Assembly: GCF_009914755.1 (NCBI RefSeq)
Contig: NC_060935.1
Strand: one strand, 5' to 3'
Source of the DNA: the human T2T-CHM13v2.0 reference genome, Homo sapiens
Length of the DNA: 64,000 bases
Each line of letters opens with the position of its first letter. Position 1 is the first letter of the stretch. Of this stretch, positions 1-14,795 are shown piece by piece. A program made the position numbers and the translations under genes. The notes beneath the pieces were generated by a model. The model had not been told where the DNA came from. It searched no databases and worked only from the letters and a program-made list of their open reading frames with translations.

Positions 1-270
1 GGAGAGTCCTGTATTGGGTGCCTGCCCCACAGAGCTCTGGGACCACATCAACATGTCAAAGCATAATATGAAAGGGTCTCAGGAATCTTGAAGGAAAAAC
101 ATGCTTAACTTTAGCTGGGCTTTCATCAAATTAGGTTGGCAGGAAAATGCTTTTTTTTTCCTGCATAACCGCTATTAACACTCCATAGAGCTATTGTTTC
201 TCAGAACATATTGTAAACAATACAGAGTTATACACAGCTCTATGCTAGATTGTGTGTAAAACTGTAGGAG

Positions 271-740
271 TTCATTCATCCACTCAAACATATTTCTGAG
301 CACCTGCTGAGCACTAAACCCTGATGCAGCAATGAGAAGAACACAATTCTTTCCCTCGTGGAGCTTGCATTCTTGGGGGGAGAGACAGGCCATAAGTGAA
401 TATGTAAAACATTTGATACATCAGATGGTGATGCGTATGGTGGACAGCAGTAATCTCTACCTGATGTGAAGTGGACAGGGGTTCAAAGGGTGAGGGTGAT
501 GGACTGATATTTTACATAGAGTGGTCAGGGAACTTTCTGAAGGAGATTGGCCATGTGGTCGTTGGATGGAAAAGCATTCCAAGCAGAGGAAACATCCCTG
601 AGGGCCTAGTTCCAGAGGCTGGAATGTGCTTGCTGCATTTGAAGGATTGCAAGGAAGTCAAGGAGCCTGTCAAGTGAGAGGTGGGGTGTGGGGAGAGGAG
701 ATTAAGGGATAAAGGAGGCAATGGTCAGAGTGGGAATATT
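271..740 (-). mobile_element. LINE-2 3' fragment
   Basis: Begins TTCATTCATCCACTCAAACATATTTCTGAGCACC (antisense L2 tail); continues with L2-like CCCTCGTGGAGCTTGCATTCT and GCATTCCAAGCAGAGGAAAC; boundaries approximate. Confidence 0.7.
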
Positions 741-845
741 GAAATGATATTGGAAGAGGCTTCAAGAGTGGGGAGAAGGCAGGGAGGTCAGGAGTGAAGG
801 AAAGAGTTGAATCACGTCTGGAGGATGGGTAGGGTGTGGATATTT

Positions 846-907
846 AAAGAAAAGAAAGGAAGGAAGGAAGGAAAGAAAGAAAAAGAAAGAAAGAAAGAGA
901 AAGAAAG
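846..907 (+). repeat. (GGAA)n/(GAAA)n purine microsatellite
   Basis: Directly visible. Confidence 0.95.
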
Positions 908-1491
908 CTTTCTAGACATGAGCAACAGTCATGAAGAAAGATGGAAGGTTGAGAGCAGAGTGTGTCCTCTGAACTTGGCTTCATAGGATGTGGGTTCAAG
1001 CCCCATGTGTGTACCTCAGCGTCCACAATGACAGAATGGGAGAGTGGCACAGACCTCCCTGTGATATGCAGTTAATTGTGTGCCAGCATGGCACGTGCTA
1101 AAGAAAGGTGAGAGTGCATTATTAAGAGAGGGAGATTTTATCAATGACCCTGCAGAAACAGGTGACTCAGGGATCCAGCACTTCCCCAGCACCAGAGGTG
1201 AATGTATGAGCTGCAGTTTTCCTTCCTGATTTAGGGAGAGGCAGGTGGCTGGTCTCTGTGACAGGTGTATGCTTTTCTTGGTCTAAATGGCTTCTCTCAA
1301 TCCCAACCCCTTAATGAGATATTAATTAGGTATTATTGTCCATCATATTTTAGAAAGTGGGGAACTATGAGAGCACTTAGATGTTCGAAGTATTTCGGCA
1401 AATCAGCTCTTGGAAGAAGGGTTGAGATAGAACTGCCTGGTTCTGTTCATATTCTTGTTGAAAACGACTCATTTCCAGAAGTTAGATAAGC

Positions 1492-2415
1492 TTTCTTTTT
1501 TTATTTTTAATTGTGGTGAAATACACGTAACATAAAATTTTTCATATTAACTATTTTTAAGTGTAGAATTCAATAGTGTTAAGTACACTCACATTGTTGT
1601 GTAACCAATCTCCAGAAGTCTTTTCATCTTACAAAGCTGAAAGCCATTAATCACCCATTAATCAACTCCCCATTCCCCCTTCCCCCAGCTCCTAGCAACC
1701 ACTCTTCTTTCTGTCTCTGTGACTTCAGCTGCTTTAGGTACCTCATGTCTCTGACTTCAACTGCTTTAGGCACCTCATATAAGTGGACTCATACAGTAGT
1801 TATCTTATTGTGATTGGCTTTTTTTTCATGTTGCATAATGTCCTCAATGCTGTAATGTGTGTTCACATTCATCCATGCTGCAATGTGTGTCAGAATTTCT
1901 TTCCTTTTTAAGACTGAACAATATTCAATTGTAGATATATTTGTTTAACCATTCAGCTGTCAAAGGATGCAGCTTGGGTGGCTTTTGCCATTTGGCTATT
2001 GTGAATAATGCTGCTATGAACATGGGTGTACAAATATCCGTTTGGATCCCTATTTTCAATTGTTTTAGGTATATGCCCAGAAGGAAAATTGCTGGATCAT
2101 ACAGTAATTCTATTTTTAATTTTTTGAGGAACCTCCATACTGTTTTCCAAGCAGCTATACCATTTTACGTTCCCATCAGCAGTTCACAGGGGTCCTAAAA
2201 TCGATATATCCTCCTCAATACTTATTTTCTGTTTATTATTATTATTTTTCATAGTAGCCATCCTCATGGGTATAAAGTTGTGTCTTGTTGTGGTTTTAAT
2301 TTGCATTTCCCTAATGATCAGTGATGTTGAACATTTTTTTCATGTGCTTATTGACCATTTGCGTACCTTCTTTGGAGAAATGTTTACTCAAGTCCTTTGT
2401 CCACTTTTTAATATG
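1492..2415 (-). mobile_element. Old L1 (L1MB-like) 3' end
   Basis: Poly-T then TTTAATTGTGGTGAAATACAC..; ORF2-end antisense motifs GAATAATGCTGCTATGAACATGGGTGTACAAATATC and TTGCATTTCCCTAATGATCAGTGATGTTGA. Confidence 0.85.
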
Positions 2416-3709
2416 GCTGGCTGTTTGCTAGCCAAGCATTTTTATTGACCACTGAGCTAAGGTAATAAGTATAAAGAAATAGGCCAAGCTGGGCTAAGAG
2501 TTTATCTGTTCAGACTCCAACATTCCAGCTGGTGACTTCCTCACCAACTCACCGCCATGATCAAGCCTCATGCTCAGGGTGGCTGTGGATGCTCATGGTG
2601 AGAAAGGAGTGACTGGTGAAACCAGGAAACCAGGGCAGACTTCAGGACCCCAGCTTTTATCCAAACTGAGGTTGAAAGATAAATTATTTGTGTTAAAAAC
2701 GCAACAACAAACAACGACGCGTCCTTTTCCTTTTGCCCTCTCGGCCCAATCTGAAGCATTGCCACTACAGCCACCCCAGCAATTATTACCATTTCCCTCT
2801 AACTGTCACTGTTACTATCCCCAGACATGGATCAAGGGCTTACTGCGTCTCACATATGCACCCCAAGTGCTTAATACATCTGGCGCCCCTGTGGCTAGAA
2901 TCAACCTGTATTCAAATCCCATAAGTGAGAAATAACCAGCCATTCAAGTCATTTGAATGGCTGAATATACTACATGTCTGAAAATGAGAAGAATATCTGA
3001 GTGTTTCTTTCTCTTATGTTTTCATCCGTACCAGAGAATAATGAAGCTTGTCTTTAAAATTTTTAAACAGAAGCTTTGGTCAGGCTGGGTGGTTTACAGA
3101 GATTAACTTAACCTCCTTGTAGTGTTCAGAAACTAACCAGAAGGCTCTCCGAAGCCAAGCAATTTTATAATTAAGTGGTAACTGTTTTTTTTTCTTGGAG
3201 GGCTTTTTCTTTCCTGGGTAGCCTAGAGAAAGATAAACAGCTGCAGGAATCAATAAGCATCAAGGTCATAGGCTGAATTATTTACTGATTCTCTGTTGTT
3301 TATCTAAAACTTTCCTCTCTACAAGGAAAAACTGTGTCTACTTCACAGAAGATTTAGAACGTACCTGGTTTAGTTTCACGGTTGTTGTTACTGTCTTTAC
3401 CCTTTTAATGGCTGAGCAACATCACTGCCTTCCTAACAGAGCCTCGCAAATGGGAGAATGGAAGGATCTGATGACCCGGCTCATTCACCAAGCTGGGTCA
3501 GGATGGGGGAAGCCTGAATGGGCTCTGAGCAGTAGGAAGCACAAGGTGGGTGAGGTGAACCACAAAAGATGTGAGCCAACTGCACACAGGTTCATCATTG
3601 TGCATCTCCCTGGCGGCTGCAGCGTCTTCCATCGGGTCTCCAACTTTCTTCTTTTCCATGCTCCACCCACAATGGATTCTCCAGTCTATCATCAAAATGG
3701 TCTCTTCTC

Positions 3710-4042
<333 letters not shown>

Positions 4043-6435
4043 TTAAGACTTTTGTGAAGAAGTCTTCTGGGCCTTCCTCGTCCTCTCTGGAGTATCTAAA
4101 TCAATCTACATTCTCTGTGAGTGCTGCAGCTGCTGTCCCCCTGCACATTTCCTGGCCACAAATCCGGTTGCTCTCTGCCTTTCTCCCTAAACTCTTACCA
4201 TACATCTTTGAGTTCCTCAAACACACCTTGCTCTTTCCCCTCAGGTTGTACTCAACTGTTGGTTCTGCTGGAATAACTTACCTCTCCTTCCCAGGGCAGG
4301 CCCTCCTCATCCAAGTTCTAACAGCCCATACCTTTTGAAGCTAACACATTTCACAACCCTCATTAGTGGTCTTGAGTCGTTGCAGGTGAAAAACCATGTC
4401 CACACGATGTCTATTATATCACTAATAATAGTTCAATGCTGAGCCCATAATAGATAGTCAATAAATATTTGTGTAGCTAATAAAGGAGTCTCGTAAGTTA
4501 CCATGGACTACTGAGAAAGAAAAAGAGCTCAGAGAAATGTCGCCCACTAAAATGTTGCTGTAAAATTCTAACTGCCTGTCTGAAAGCACCTTGCTTGCCT
4601 TTGATTGAACTTCACACTGACAGGAAATAGGTGTGACTGCTGCAAGAAAGCACAATATTTTAAAATTTAGTACTAAAAACTTGATATATTAGGAGACAGT
4701 TGTCTATTCATGAGGATTGTGATTCCTCTAAGCAAAACTGGCCACTTCCGTGTATTTTACTATTGGATCAATTTGTATACAGCCTTCAAGGAATATACCA
4801 GTTCTATAAAACAACAAGACACCTGTATCAAAAATACCCACTTTTTGATGGGTCACTAGCTCTTTCGAATATTAGCATGTTGGTTATCAGAGAAGGGAGT
4901 AAAAGGAGCTTGGAGGGACAATGTAATCTTGATATGCCGGCCCTCTACCAATTCTGAATTAGCTGAGTTAGAAGCACCTACATCCAAAGTCAAATTGACT
5001 TATTGTTATTTCATGTTCTTTTCAGGCATAGTCACAGTTTGTTTTGTTTTTTCCTGTGGTAGGTAAGGCTGATAGGTAGCTCTGAGTTTGCTAAAGCACC
5101 TCTATAAATCTAAATGGTGCCAAGTATTTGGATGAAAGCTATTTGAGATTATGTAAGTAAAATATCTGCATAAATAGCACAGGAGTTTTCTTTTCACTTG
5201 TATTTTGGGTGCTTTGCAGATGAATTGAAAACGTGGTTTCCTGGTTGGAAGATGTTACTCTCAGGCCTTGGGTGTTAATTGTGGTTCCAGGCCAGGCACC
5301 AGATCCTTGCTCAGTGCTCTCTGCTAGCCAGGAATGGTTTTTGAAAGAGCTTCTTGATCTGCATTAAGGGTGTAGATCCCAATGATGTATTCATTTTCTC
5401 TTTTTCCTTTCTCTCTTCTTCACCCCAGCAACTATTAATGAACTCAAAATCAATCTGTCTGGTTGCTTGATGAGATTAGAGGACTTTCACTTGTCTTGTA
5501 ACTGCTCATAGGAAACCAGATGCAGCAATCAGTTTATTGTGAACTCTCTTTCTCTCTCTGTATCTCTGCTATTGATTAAGTAATGCCACCCTGGGGCTTG
5601 TTCCTGATAAAGCTGCTTCAGAGAAAGCAAAATGATGGGCCTCCACACAATCCTGGCAATTATTCTCCATCCCAGCACCAGAGCAGGGATGGCTTAACAT
5701 AAGCAAGGCAACATGTTGATGCTAAGCAGTCCCTCCTGAGAATCTTGGTTTTAATCTGCAATAGTGTTTATTTTGAGACAAGATTTTTCCAGAGGTTAGG
5801 CAGGGGCTGGGAGGCTCTACAGGCTATACCACTGGCTGTTTGAAAGGATTCAAATAACTTGATAGTAGGAATCCAATTCAGCTTTGCTGAGTGTTCCAAA
5901 CTCCAACCCTTCATATGATCTTAATTATTCTAATCCTAATATACAGGGACTGAAGGTTAGTTTTGTCTCCATAATGACTCCTGAGGACAAAAGGAGAGTG
6001 TTAGAAACAGGAAAACAGGGGCAGCTGAAGCTGGGAGGCAAGAAAATCTGCAGCCCAGAAGAAGCTAGTTGTGGGGCCAGGCTTAGGAAAGCCTGTGTAG
6101 TATGGAGAACTGGAATCTATATATGTCTATTGTTTTCTTTTACTGAAAATCTGCATTAACAGCTTTCCCTAGGGGGTCTTCACTTCTTTAGAGACTAACA
6201 ATCAACTGCATGTGTTTTAAAGAAGTAAGTGGACTCTATCATGGATAAAGTTCGTGACAGTAAAAGTAGGGGCTGGATTCTTTTCCAGAGTCCTTGTTCC
6301 CAGTTTAAAAAGTAACAGCAATTTCTCATTGTTTTCTTTAAATAGGGATAATACAGGGATTGCAGGAGAAATTTGAGTTACTACACAAATTTATCAGCTC
6401 TCTTGGGCAAAGAAAATTAAAGAGGTACTATACAG

Positions 6436-6762
6436 TATTAGTTAGGATTTATTGTAAGCTGCTATTACAAAGAAGGCCACCCAGTAATGTAGAGCTTAAA
6501 CAAAAATGGAAATCTCAGCCACTTTATCACAGTGTTTCTCAGCCAGTGGGAAGATGGACAGAAGCATGGAGCTCACATACAGATTCCTTTTAAAGCACAA
6601 CCAGGAAATGACAGAGCTTTGTCACATGGCCGCACAGCCAGGCAAGGCTGGAAAGTCAGCCTTCCGCTGGGTACCAATGTTCCGAGACTAAAGACAGGAG
6701 TTCTGCTATTAAAGGAAGAAGGATAAAGTGATATTGGTGGACAATTTGAAGGCTGTGCCACA
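6436..6762 (-). mobile_element. Old MaLR LTR (MLT1K/L-like)
   Basis: Starts TATTAGTTAGGAT..GCTGCTATTACAAA..AGCTTAAACAA and ends ..GTGCCACA, the layout of an antisense MLT1. Confidence 0.5.
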
Positions 6763-7089
6763 CGTAGAAGTAAAGTAAGACAAAATGGAACTCAAACTAA
6801 CATATCAATCTGCTTGGATCAAGATAGCAACTGAAGAATAAAAGAGAAGGACTAAAGAGAACTTTAGATAAATAAAATAAATTAGATGAAGAGGGGCAAA
6901 CAAAGTTGTATATACTGGAAGGAAGGATTGGAACAGGAAAGGAGTACATAGTCTACTTTCTAGTTTTTAAAAATTCAAGTCCAAAGTAGCTGAAACAGGG
7001 CTTAACTTTAATCAGCTGGGATGCTTGATAATAGGAATCCCATATGAAAATTCATTTTAATTGGGCTGGAATTGAAAATCTATAATTCT

Positions 7090-8860
7090 GTAGCCCTTTA
7101 TTTTGAAATGCCCTTCTTTATTCATGGTAATATCTTTGGTTCTACTTCGTTTTTTATATTAATATAGCATCTCCAGCTTCCTTATGGTTAATTTTTGCAT
7201 GACATATGTTTAAAGCACATCTTTTTTTGATATTAAAAGATTTCTAGTAGACAACATGTAGTTTGGTATTGCTTGTGTATTCAGTCTGACAACATTTGCC
7301 TTTTTCTTTGTGCATTTAGACCATTTACATTTAATATAATTATTGATATAATTGGTTTTAAGCCTATCATCCTACTACTTGTTTTGTATTCGTCTCATGT
7401 GTTCTTTAGATTTATTTCATCATTTTCTGCTACTATTTGGATAAAAGATAGATTTTCTACTATTCCATTTATATCCACCGTTGGCTTATTAGCTATATAT
7501 CTTGTTTACTTTTCTTTTAATGGTTGTTCTAGGGTTTATAATATGCACTTAAGGTATCATAGACTGCCTTGAAATAATATTATTTCTTGTGTAATGTAAA
7601 AAATGAAATGAATGTCCTTACATTTCCCCCTCCCATTCTTTGTGCTGTTGTGATCATACATTTTACTTCTACATATATTATAAAATCCCATTATACATTG
7701 GTTTCTTTTTGCTTTGAACATTCATTTATCTGATAAAGAAATTAAAAAGAAAAAAGAAAATATTGGCCTCTTTAAGTGCTCTTTTTTTTATGCGTAGGTC
7801 TATGTTTCCATCTGTCATTATTTTCCTTCTGCCCAAACAACTTGTTTCAATATTTCATATAGGAATGATTTACTGGTAATAAATTCTTTCAGTTTTTGCT
7901 TGTCTGCAAAAGATTTTATTTTGTCTTCATTTTTAGGGACTATTTTCACTGAATGTAGTCTTTTTCTCTTTTTAATAGTTTTAAGATGTTATTCTATTGA
8001 TTTAAAGCTTGCATAGTTCCCTGCTCCAATTTTTATTACATAAAGTGACTTCTTTTTCCTCCAGCAGTGTTTAATATTTGTTTAATATTTTGTCTTTATC
8101 ACCAGTTTTAAGCAATTTGATTACAATGTGCCTCAGTGAGGTTTTCTTTGTGTTTATTCTGTGTGGAGTTCATTGACCTTATTTCATTTCTGAGTTTATA
8201 GTTTTTATAAAATTTTTTAAAAACTTGAGCCATTATATTTTAATAATAATTTTATACCTTATTCTCTTTTCCTTTTCTTTCTACTACTCCTGTTACATGT
8301 ACATTAGGCCGCTAAATATTGTCCCCAAATCACTGTGGCTCTATTTATTTTCTTAGCAGTCTTTTTTCTCTGGATGCTTTATTTTAGGTAGGTTCTATTA
8401 TTGTCTTCACGTTTACTGGTCTTTTCTTCCACAGTGTCTAATCTGTTGTTACTTTCACCCAGTAAAACTATTACTTTATAAATTGTAGTTTTTATTTCCA
8501 CGGCAAGGGTTGGCAAATTTTTTTCTAAAAAACAAGCTAATAAATATTTTAGGATTCCCAGGCTAGTTTCTTCCTTTCTGGAACTCTGTCCTACAACATT
8601 CAGTTGCCACAGGTTTCTTGAACTCTGTTCTCTCTCCTTGATTCGTGAAGGCTATTACATATTGTTAGGGTTACCCTTCCTGAATGCAGTTTAGAAATTT
8701 CCTCCAGAAATGTTCTCTTCTTTCAGCAATTATTATTTCTTGTTTTTGTTGTTTAATGTCTGAAAACTGTTAATTCATACATTTTGTTTAGTTTTCTGAT
8801 TGTTTATTATGGTCAGTTAAGCCCAATTTTTGTTACCCCATCATGGCAGGAAGCAGCAGC
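7090..8860 (-). mobile_element. Ancient L1M (ORF1/ORF2-junction region), highly diverged
   Basis: T-rich; TTAGACCATTTACATTTAATATAATTATTGATAT and TTTACTGGTAATAAATTCTTTCAGTTTTTGCTTGTCTG resemble antisense L1M. Confidence 0.7.
8503..8563 (+). mobile_element. MER58-like hAT end fragment within the L1M
   Basis: CAAGGGTTGGCAAATTTTTTTCT..TAAATATTTTAGG resembles the MER58 terminus. Confidence 0.55.
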
Positions 8861-9856
8861 CTTCTCAGCCCTCCAAAAAGGAGCAGTCACAAGAGAATCC
8901 CTGTTGTATATTTACATGCAGCTTCTTAATATATTCTTCTATGACAAAATGGCTAATTGTTTAAGCCTCTAACTAATAGATGTATAATAAGTGAAAGAAT
9001 CCTGGTAGGTTTGGTGATGTCTGACCTTTTTCATGGAATGATGCTACTCTAGGTTCAGTAGTGGTTGACATCATGAGATTATACAGAAATAGTAGTTGTA
9101 ATCTGAATTTTTTAAATGGAGAATTAATGTTCACTAAAATACATTGGGAAAACATTCTGCTGAATACTGGCCAGTTATATCACATGGCAGAAATATTATT
9201 GAAAAAATAATTTTTACTAAAAACTCAAAATGACAATAGCAAGTATGAATTCAAAATTAGACTCATTTATTTCCATATTAACACTATTTTAAATACATTT
9301 ATGGTATATATTTTAAATGGACTGAAACTATGAGGGACAAAGGAGGTGTGTTTCTGGGTGAGGGTTTAGTGTGCATAAGCAGGTATTCTAAATGAAGCCT
9401 AGTAATTGAAGTTTGATGCATGCTGTAGGGATTCTCCTTTGACTTAAATATTGAGCAGCCACGCAAGTTGTAGCTGAAAGAATAAATATCCGTTCAACTT
9501 TGTCTTTTAGTTCCTCCATGTTGGAAGCAGCTAGGACTGGGGACTGTCTGGACCTAGAGTTGGTGCTCATCGTCCTGATGGTGAAGGAAAGAGCAAGGCA
9601 TCTGACTTATTTTGGAAGGTCTCTTTTTTGACAAACAAGATACTTTAGGGGGCTGTCTCTAAAAGGGTATATACACTGGGTACACAGTCATATTGGGGCT
9701 TCTCTGCAGAGGATATTTCAGAAGTTTTGCAGGTGGTCACTGTTTTGACAACCAATGCATCACTGGTTTTATCAAAAGTGCAAGGCTAGAGTTGTCAAGT
9801 AGAGAAGCCAAGCATGTTGAATATTGAACCTCAATGCTGGTGTGACCTTGCATTGT

Positions 9857-10168
9857 GTTTTTTTTGTTTGTTTGTTTTGTTTTTTGAGACAGGGTCTTGC
9901 TCTGTCACCCAGGCTGGAATTCAGTGGTGCCATCAAGGTTCACTGCAGCCTCAACCTCCCAAGCTCGTGATCCTCCCACTTCACCCTCCCAAGTAGCTGG
10001 GACTATAGGCGCACATCATCATGCCTATATGCTAATTTTTTAATTTTTTGTAAAGATGGAGTCTCACCATGTTGCCCAGGCTGATCTTGAACTCCTGAGC
10101 TTAAGTGATCTGCCAACCTCGGCCTCCCAAAGTGCTGGAATTGCAGGCGTGAGCCACGGTGCCCGGTC
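9857..10168 (-). mobile_element. AluJ
   Basis: GAGACAGGGTCTTGCTCTGTC, CACTGCAGCCTCAACCTCC, TGTTGCCCAGGCTG (J-type); degenerate (TTTG)n tail. Confidence 0.92.
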
Positions 10169-10444
10169 AGTGTTTGTGTTTTGTTTTTGTTGTTTGTTTT
10201 AGTGATGAAGAGAAGAAAGAAAATCAGTAAGGAAAATTCCTGTATAAAGGCTGAAGTGTATTTTGTGTTTTTTCTTCCCATCATCCAGGGTTAGATAACC
10301 ATAAAAGCACTCTTTTATAGCACTTAGGGTAAAAGATATTGTAAAAATATCCTCTGTGAAACACCTTAAGGTCATTCGAGACCAAAATTATTCCCACTGT
10401 ACTTAAGCTTAGTTTCCATTTCTCATCTCCAGAAAAGTTGAAAG

Positions 10445-10955
10445 TAATACTACTTAGAAGTGGTCTGTGGACTGGGGCCAAGCCACAAAACGTGAGCTAC
10501 ATGTACAAACCAAAAATAAGCATTTAGAAATTTTCATAAAAATGTTTGTAACTTTATGTCTATTCCTTTTAATCTAATCATAAAGAATTTGGACTAGTAC
10601 TTTACACATCTTTTAAGATTTTGTTTCATATTCCTGATAACTTATTTCTCTTTCTTTTCTTTTCCTTTCTCTTTCTTTCTTTCTTTCTTTTTCTTTCTTT
10701 CTTTTCTTCTTTCTTTCTTCCTTTCTTTTTCTCTCTCTTTCTTTTTTGATTTTACAAAAGTATTTGATCCACAATGGATTGGGGGAACAAAAAGAAAAAA
10801 ACATCTTGGCCCTCCCTGTATTATTTGATTTTTTTGCAATTTCTTATGAATCTATAATTATTTCAAATAAGAAGTAAAAACAAAACCAAAATAGGACAAA
10901 AGAAAATGTAAATAAAAAGCTGGTCCTTGACCACAGATAGTTAGAGAATCAGTAG
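10445..10955. mobile_element. hAT-Charlie MITE remnant containing a (TTTC)n tract
   Basis: Charlie-like ends AAGTGGTCTGTGGACTGG and CTGGTCCTTGACCACAGATAGTTAGAGAA; family not resolved. Confidence 0.45.
10645..10748 (+). repeat. (TTTC)n pyrimidine microsatellite
   Basis: Directly visible. Confidence 0.95.
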
Positions 10956-11078
10956 CCTTGGACCCAATCAGCTACACGTGGGAAGAGCAACTTATAAAGG
11001 AGAAAAAACATCTTAAGGTCATGGTCAGTAGTTACGGCTGGATTCATCGGGATATAATGTGGTGCTACCTTTTTTATC

Positions 11079-11510
11079 TGTTGTGTATTGCTACAATAAT
11101 GCTGTGTAAGAAAAGCAAATAAACACACAAAGCCCTGTGGCATCAAACAATAGACATTCATTTACCTCACTGGCAACTCTTCTGGGCTGGAGTCTCATGT
11201 CTCTGCAGTCAGCTAGTGGCTCTCTGGGAGGAACTGGTCTAGGATGGCCTCTCATGAATTGTCTGGCCCCAGTCCCTGTGGTCTCCTATTCTCCAGCAGA
11301 CAAGCTTGGCCTTGTTCTTATGACCGTCACAGGGTTCCAAGAGAGCACACAGAGGAATGCAAGGCCTCTCGAGGCCTGGGCTTGGAACTGGGATGCAGTC
11401 ATTCTTACTGCAGGACCAGACTGGATTCTAGGAGTGGAGGAGTGGGCTCCACTTGAAAGGGCAATGGATAAAGAAAGGGAAAGGATTGGGGCCATTTTGA
11501 AACAGCTGAC
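11079..11510 (-). mobile_element. MaLR LTR (MLT1H/I-like)
   Basis: TATTGCTACAATAATGCTGTGTAA..GTGGCATCAAACAATAGACATTCATT and GGCCTCTCGAGGCCTGGGCTTGGAACTGG. Confidence 0.65.
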
Positions 11511-14159
11511 CAGGACCTGGCTCATTGTTTGAGCTTCCACATTCTCTGCGATATCAGGGTGATCTCAGATTCCAGATGCTAGTGCTTGTCATCCCTACCC
11601 TAAGGACTGCTGATGAAATATTGCCCCTTTCCTTCAAGTAACCAAAATAGACACAATTAATTGATTCGTGTACTCTGCTCATTAACTCGAATGTGGCTTT
11701 TAGAATCTTTCAGAATTGGATTTATGTGTTGAAATCTATCACTCAATACTACAATTATGGACACACAGCAGGTGGCTCAGGAGTCCCACAGCCCCTTCAG
11801 AGGGTGCGGGACATGCACTGGTGGTTAGAGGTGGTGGTGACCATACCCTCTCAGATATAAATCTTGACCCTTCACAGGTTACTGTGGCCCAGTTACAAGG
11901 CCCGAGAGCATCTACTACCTATTGAAAAGCAGATTACAGCCAGACATTTGTCAAGGAAAATATGTTCTCCCACATAGGACAAGTAGCCTTAGGTTGCACT
12001 TGGGGTCTTCCAAGCTTCTCTGGGTGAAGACACAGTGTTTTTCTGTTAGTTTTGAGGTTATCAATTATAATAGATGTGGTTACAATAATAGAAGTTCTCA
12101 GGAATGGCATAAAAGGATGCTGAATGCTTTAGGTCACACACTGGGTCTGAATTCCAAGTATTCATAAAATCGTTTTGTGTATGTTCTCCCATAGTTTTGG
12201 AGAAAATAAGCAGAAGGCATGGGGACTGGAAGTTGTGAGGTACGATGAGGCTTTTGCTGATACAGGAATGATGTCCTCACCCACTGGGCCATAGGAGTGG
12301 CCTCCCAGGATCAAAGAACATGGGGAGCAAGCACTGGTGAGCCATGGAGACTGGGTGGGGGCGGGGTGGAATTCCTGACAAGGGAGAAGGTCTCCCTACC
12401 TTGGCATTCTCTGAGGTTTGCCTCTATAACAATGACAAAGCTTCCAAAGAACAATTATGGAACCCTGGGGACTTCAGAAAGGCAGAAACTGTTCATCACC
12501 TTTTCCTCCGCAGTATCTCTGTGCTAGACACTATAATAAGAACGTCACACAATCATTATGAACATTTACCCCATTCCTGTGAGACTCTAGCCACATGTTA
12601 GAGAGAGCTGAGAAAGAAGTTTTTTGCCCAAGGTTCCACAGGGGTCAGTATATAGCTCAGATATGTGACGCTGAAATTTATATCCTTAACCATTTCTAAC
12701 ACTCTATGGCCTTGTAAGGATTTGAGAACTGTGGAAAAGGCAGGGGTTAGTTTTGTTTGTCCCAGAGATAAACACAAACTTCCAAGGTGGATGAACTGCA
12801 CAGACTTTGGATACAAGGGAAGGTTGAAGCAGCCATAGCTAAATCACAGGCACACCATGAACCTGAGCCACTTTCCTCTGTAGTCCATTGAAGGCACAAC
12901 AGACCCCCTGTAGTCTTCCCAATGTGCTTTGGTCAACCAAGGAGGACTCAGCCCACTGAAATACAGGCAGACTAAGAAGGGTGTCTGTAGGGACCAGTAG
13001 AACAGGCTTCGGGGCTCAGATGCACGAAAAGCCTCTACAGAGGTGGGATTTGGAGATTGACAAGCTCCCTGGGGCTTCATAGAGGAAGAATTGCTCATTA
13101 CACGAGTCCAGTGAAAGGGAGCTTGTGTGTATGAGAGCAGGCAGGGGAGGAAAAATACTATAAGGAAATGTAAACAGGTCCTAGAAGTCCATCTGGTCGA
13201 TCATTCTGGGACAGCAACAGCAACCTGCCTGGTGTGAAAAGGTCCCCAACGTGGAAGCTGAGACATGGGCAGAGTTCAGATTTTAGAGAATGGTGTCCTT
13301 CAGCTCCCCAAAACCTCAGTTACCAGAACCAAGACAGACCATCAGAAGGGAAAGCCTGAGAATAAGGTCAGCTTGAGGTTGTCACGTGATGATCCCTCAG
13401 TTCCCCCAACAGAGGACTTTATTAGTTCCACTCCCCCCACACAGGCCTGAATCACTGCGGATTCATGCAGAGGGATCAAAATGTCCAGATATTGATGGCA
13501 GAAGGCTTGGGGCCAGGAGACAGAAAATCCAGATGGTTTTTATAGTTGAAAAGGGGAGAGATTTTTCTCATTCTTGGTGTATTCTCTGCCTCTATTTTGC
13601 TTTCATGCAGATCCAAGATTTCAGAAAGAGGGTCTGCCGAACTTTATTTAAATTTTTGTTCTTTTATGTTGCAGTACTTTGAATCAGTAAATTGTCACAG
13701 TTTTTTATTGGCTGGACCCAGGAAAGCATGAAACTGGCTGGAATTGCAGGAGATATTTGAGTTAGACACGTCAGAGGACTTCCTGGCCTGAAGGGCACCA
13801 GCATGAGAGAATAAAGTTATTTCTGTCGCTGTCATACTTGCTTTTTTTTCTCTGCCCTTTTCCTCTCTCTTTGGAACATTTTTTTCTCATTCCTCCTGCA
13901 TTTCCCTCACTGATTTCAGCCAGGACGAAGAAAGAGCTTCATTACTATGAACTTGCTTGTGGCTGGAGGAATTGAAGTGGAGACGCTGACTCCCGTGAGC
14001 TTGGAGACTGCAGGGATGACAACCTTATGTTACATTGATGTGTTCTCATTTTTGTTGAGTATGACTATACTTCTGTACATTTTATTTCACTCTTTAAACA
14101 TTTATGTTCCTGTGTTATGATTAATTAAGTGTAGTAAAATGAAGTGTTTGCAAAGTTAA

Positions 14160-14795
<636 letters not shown>

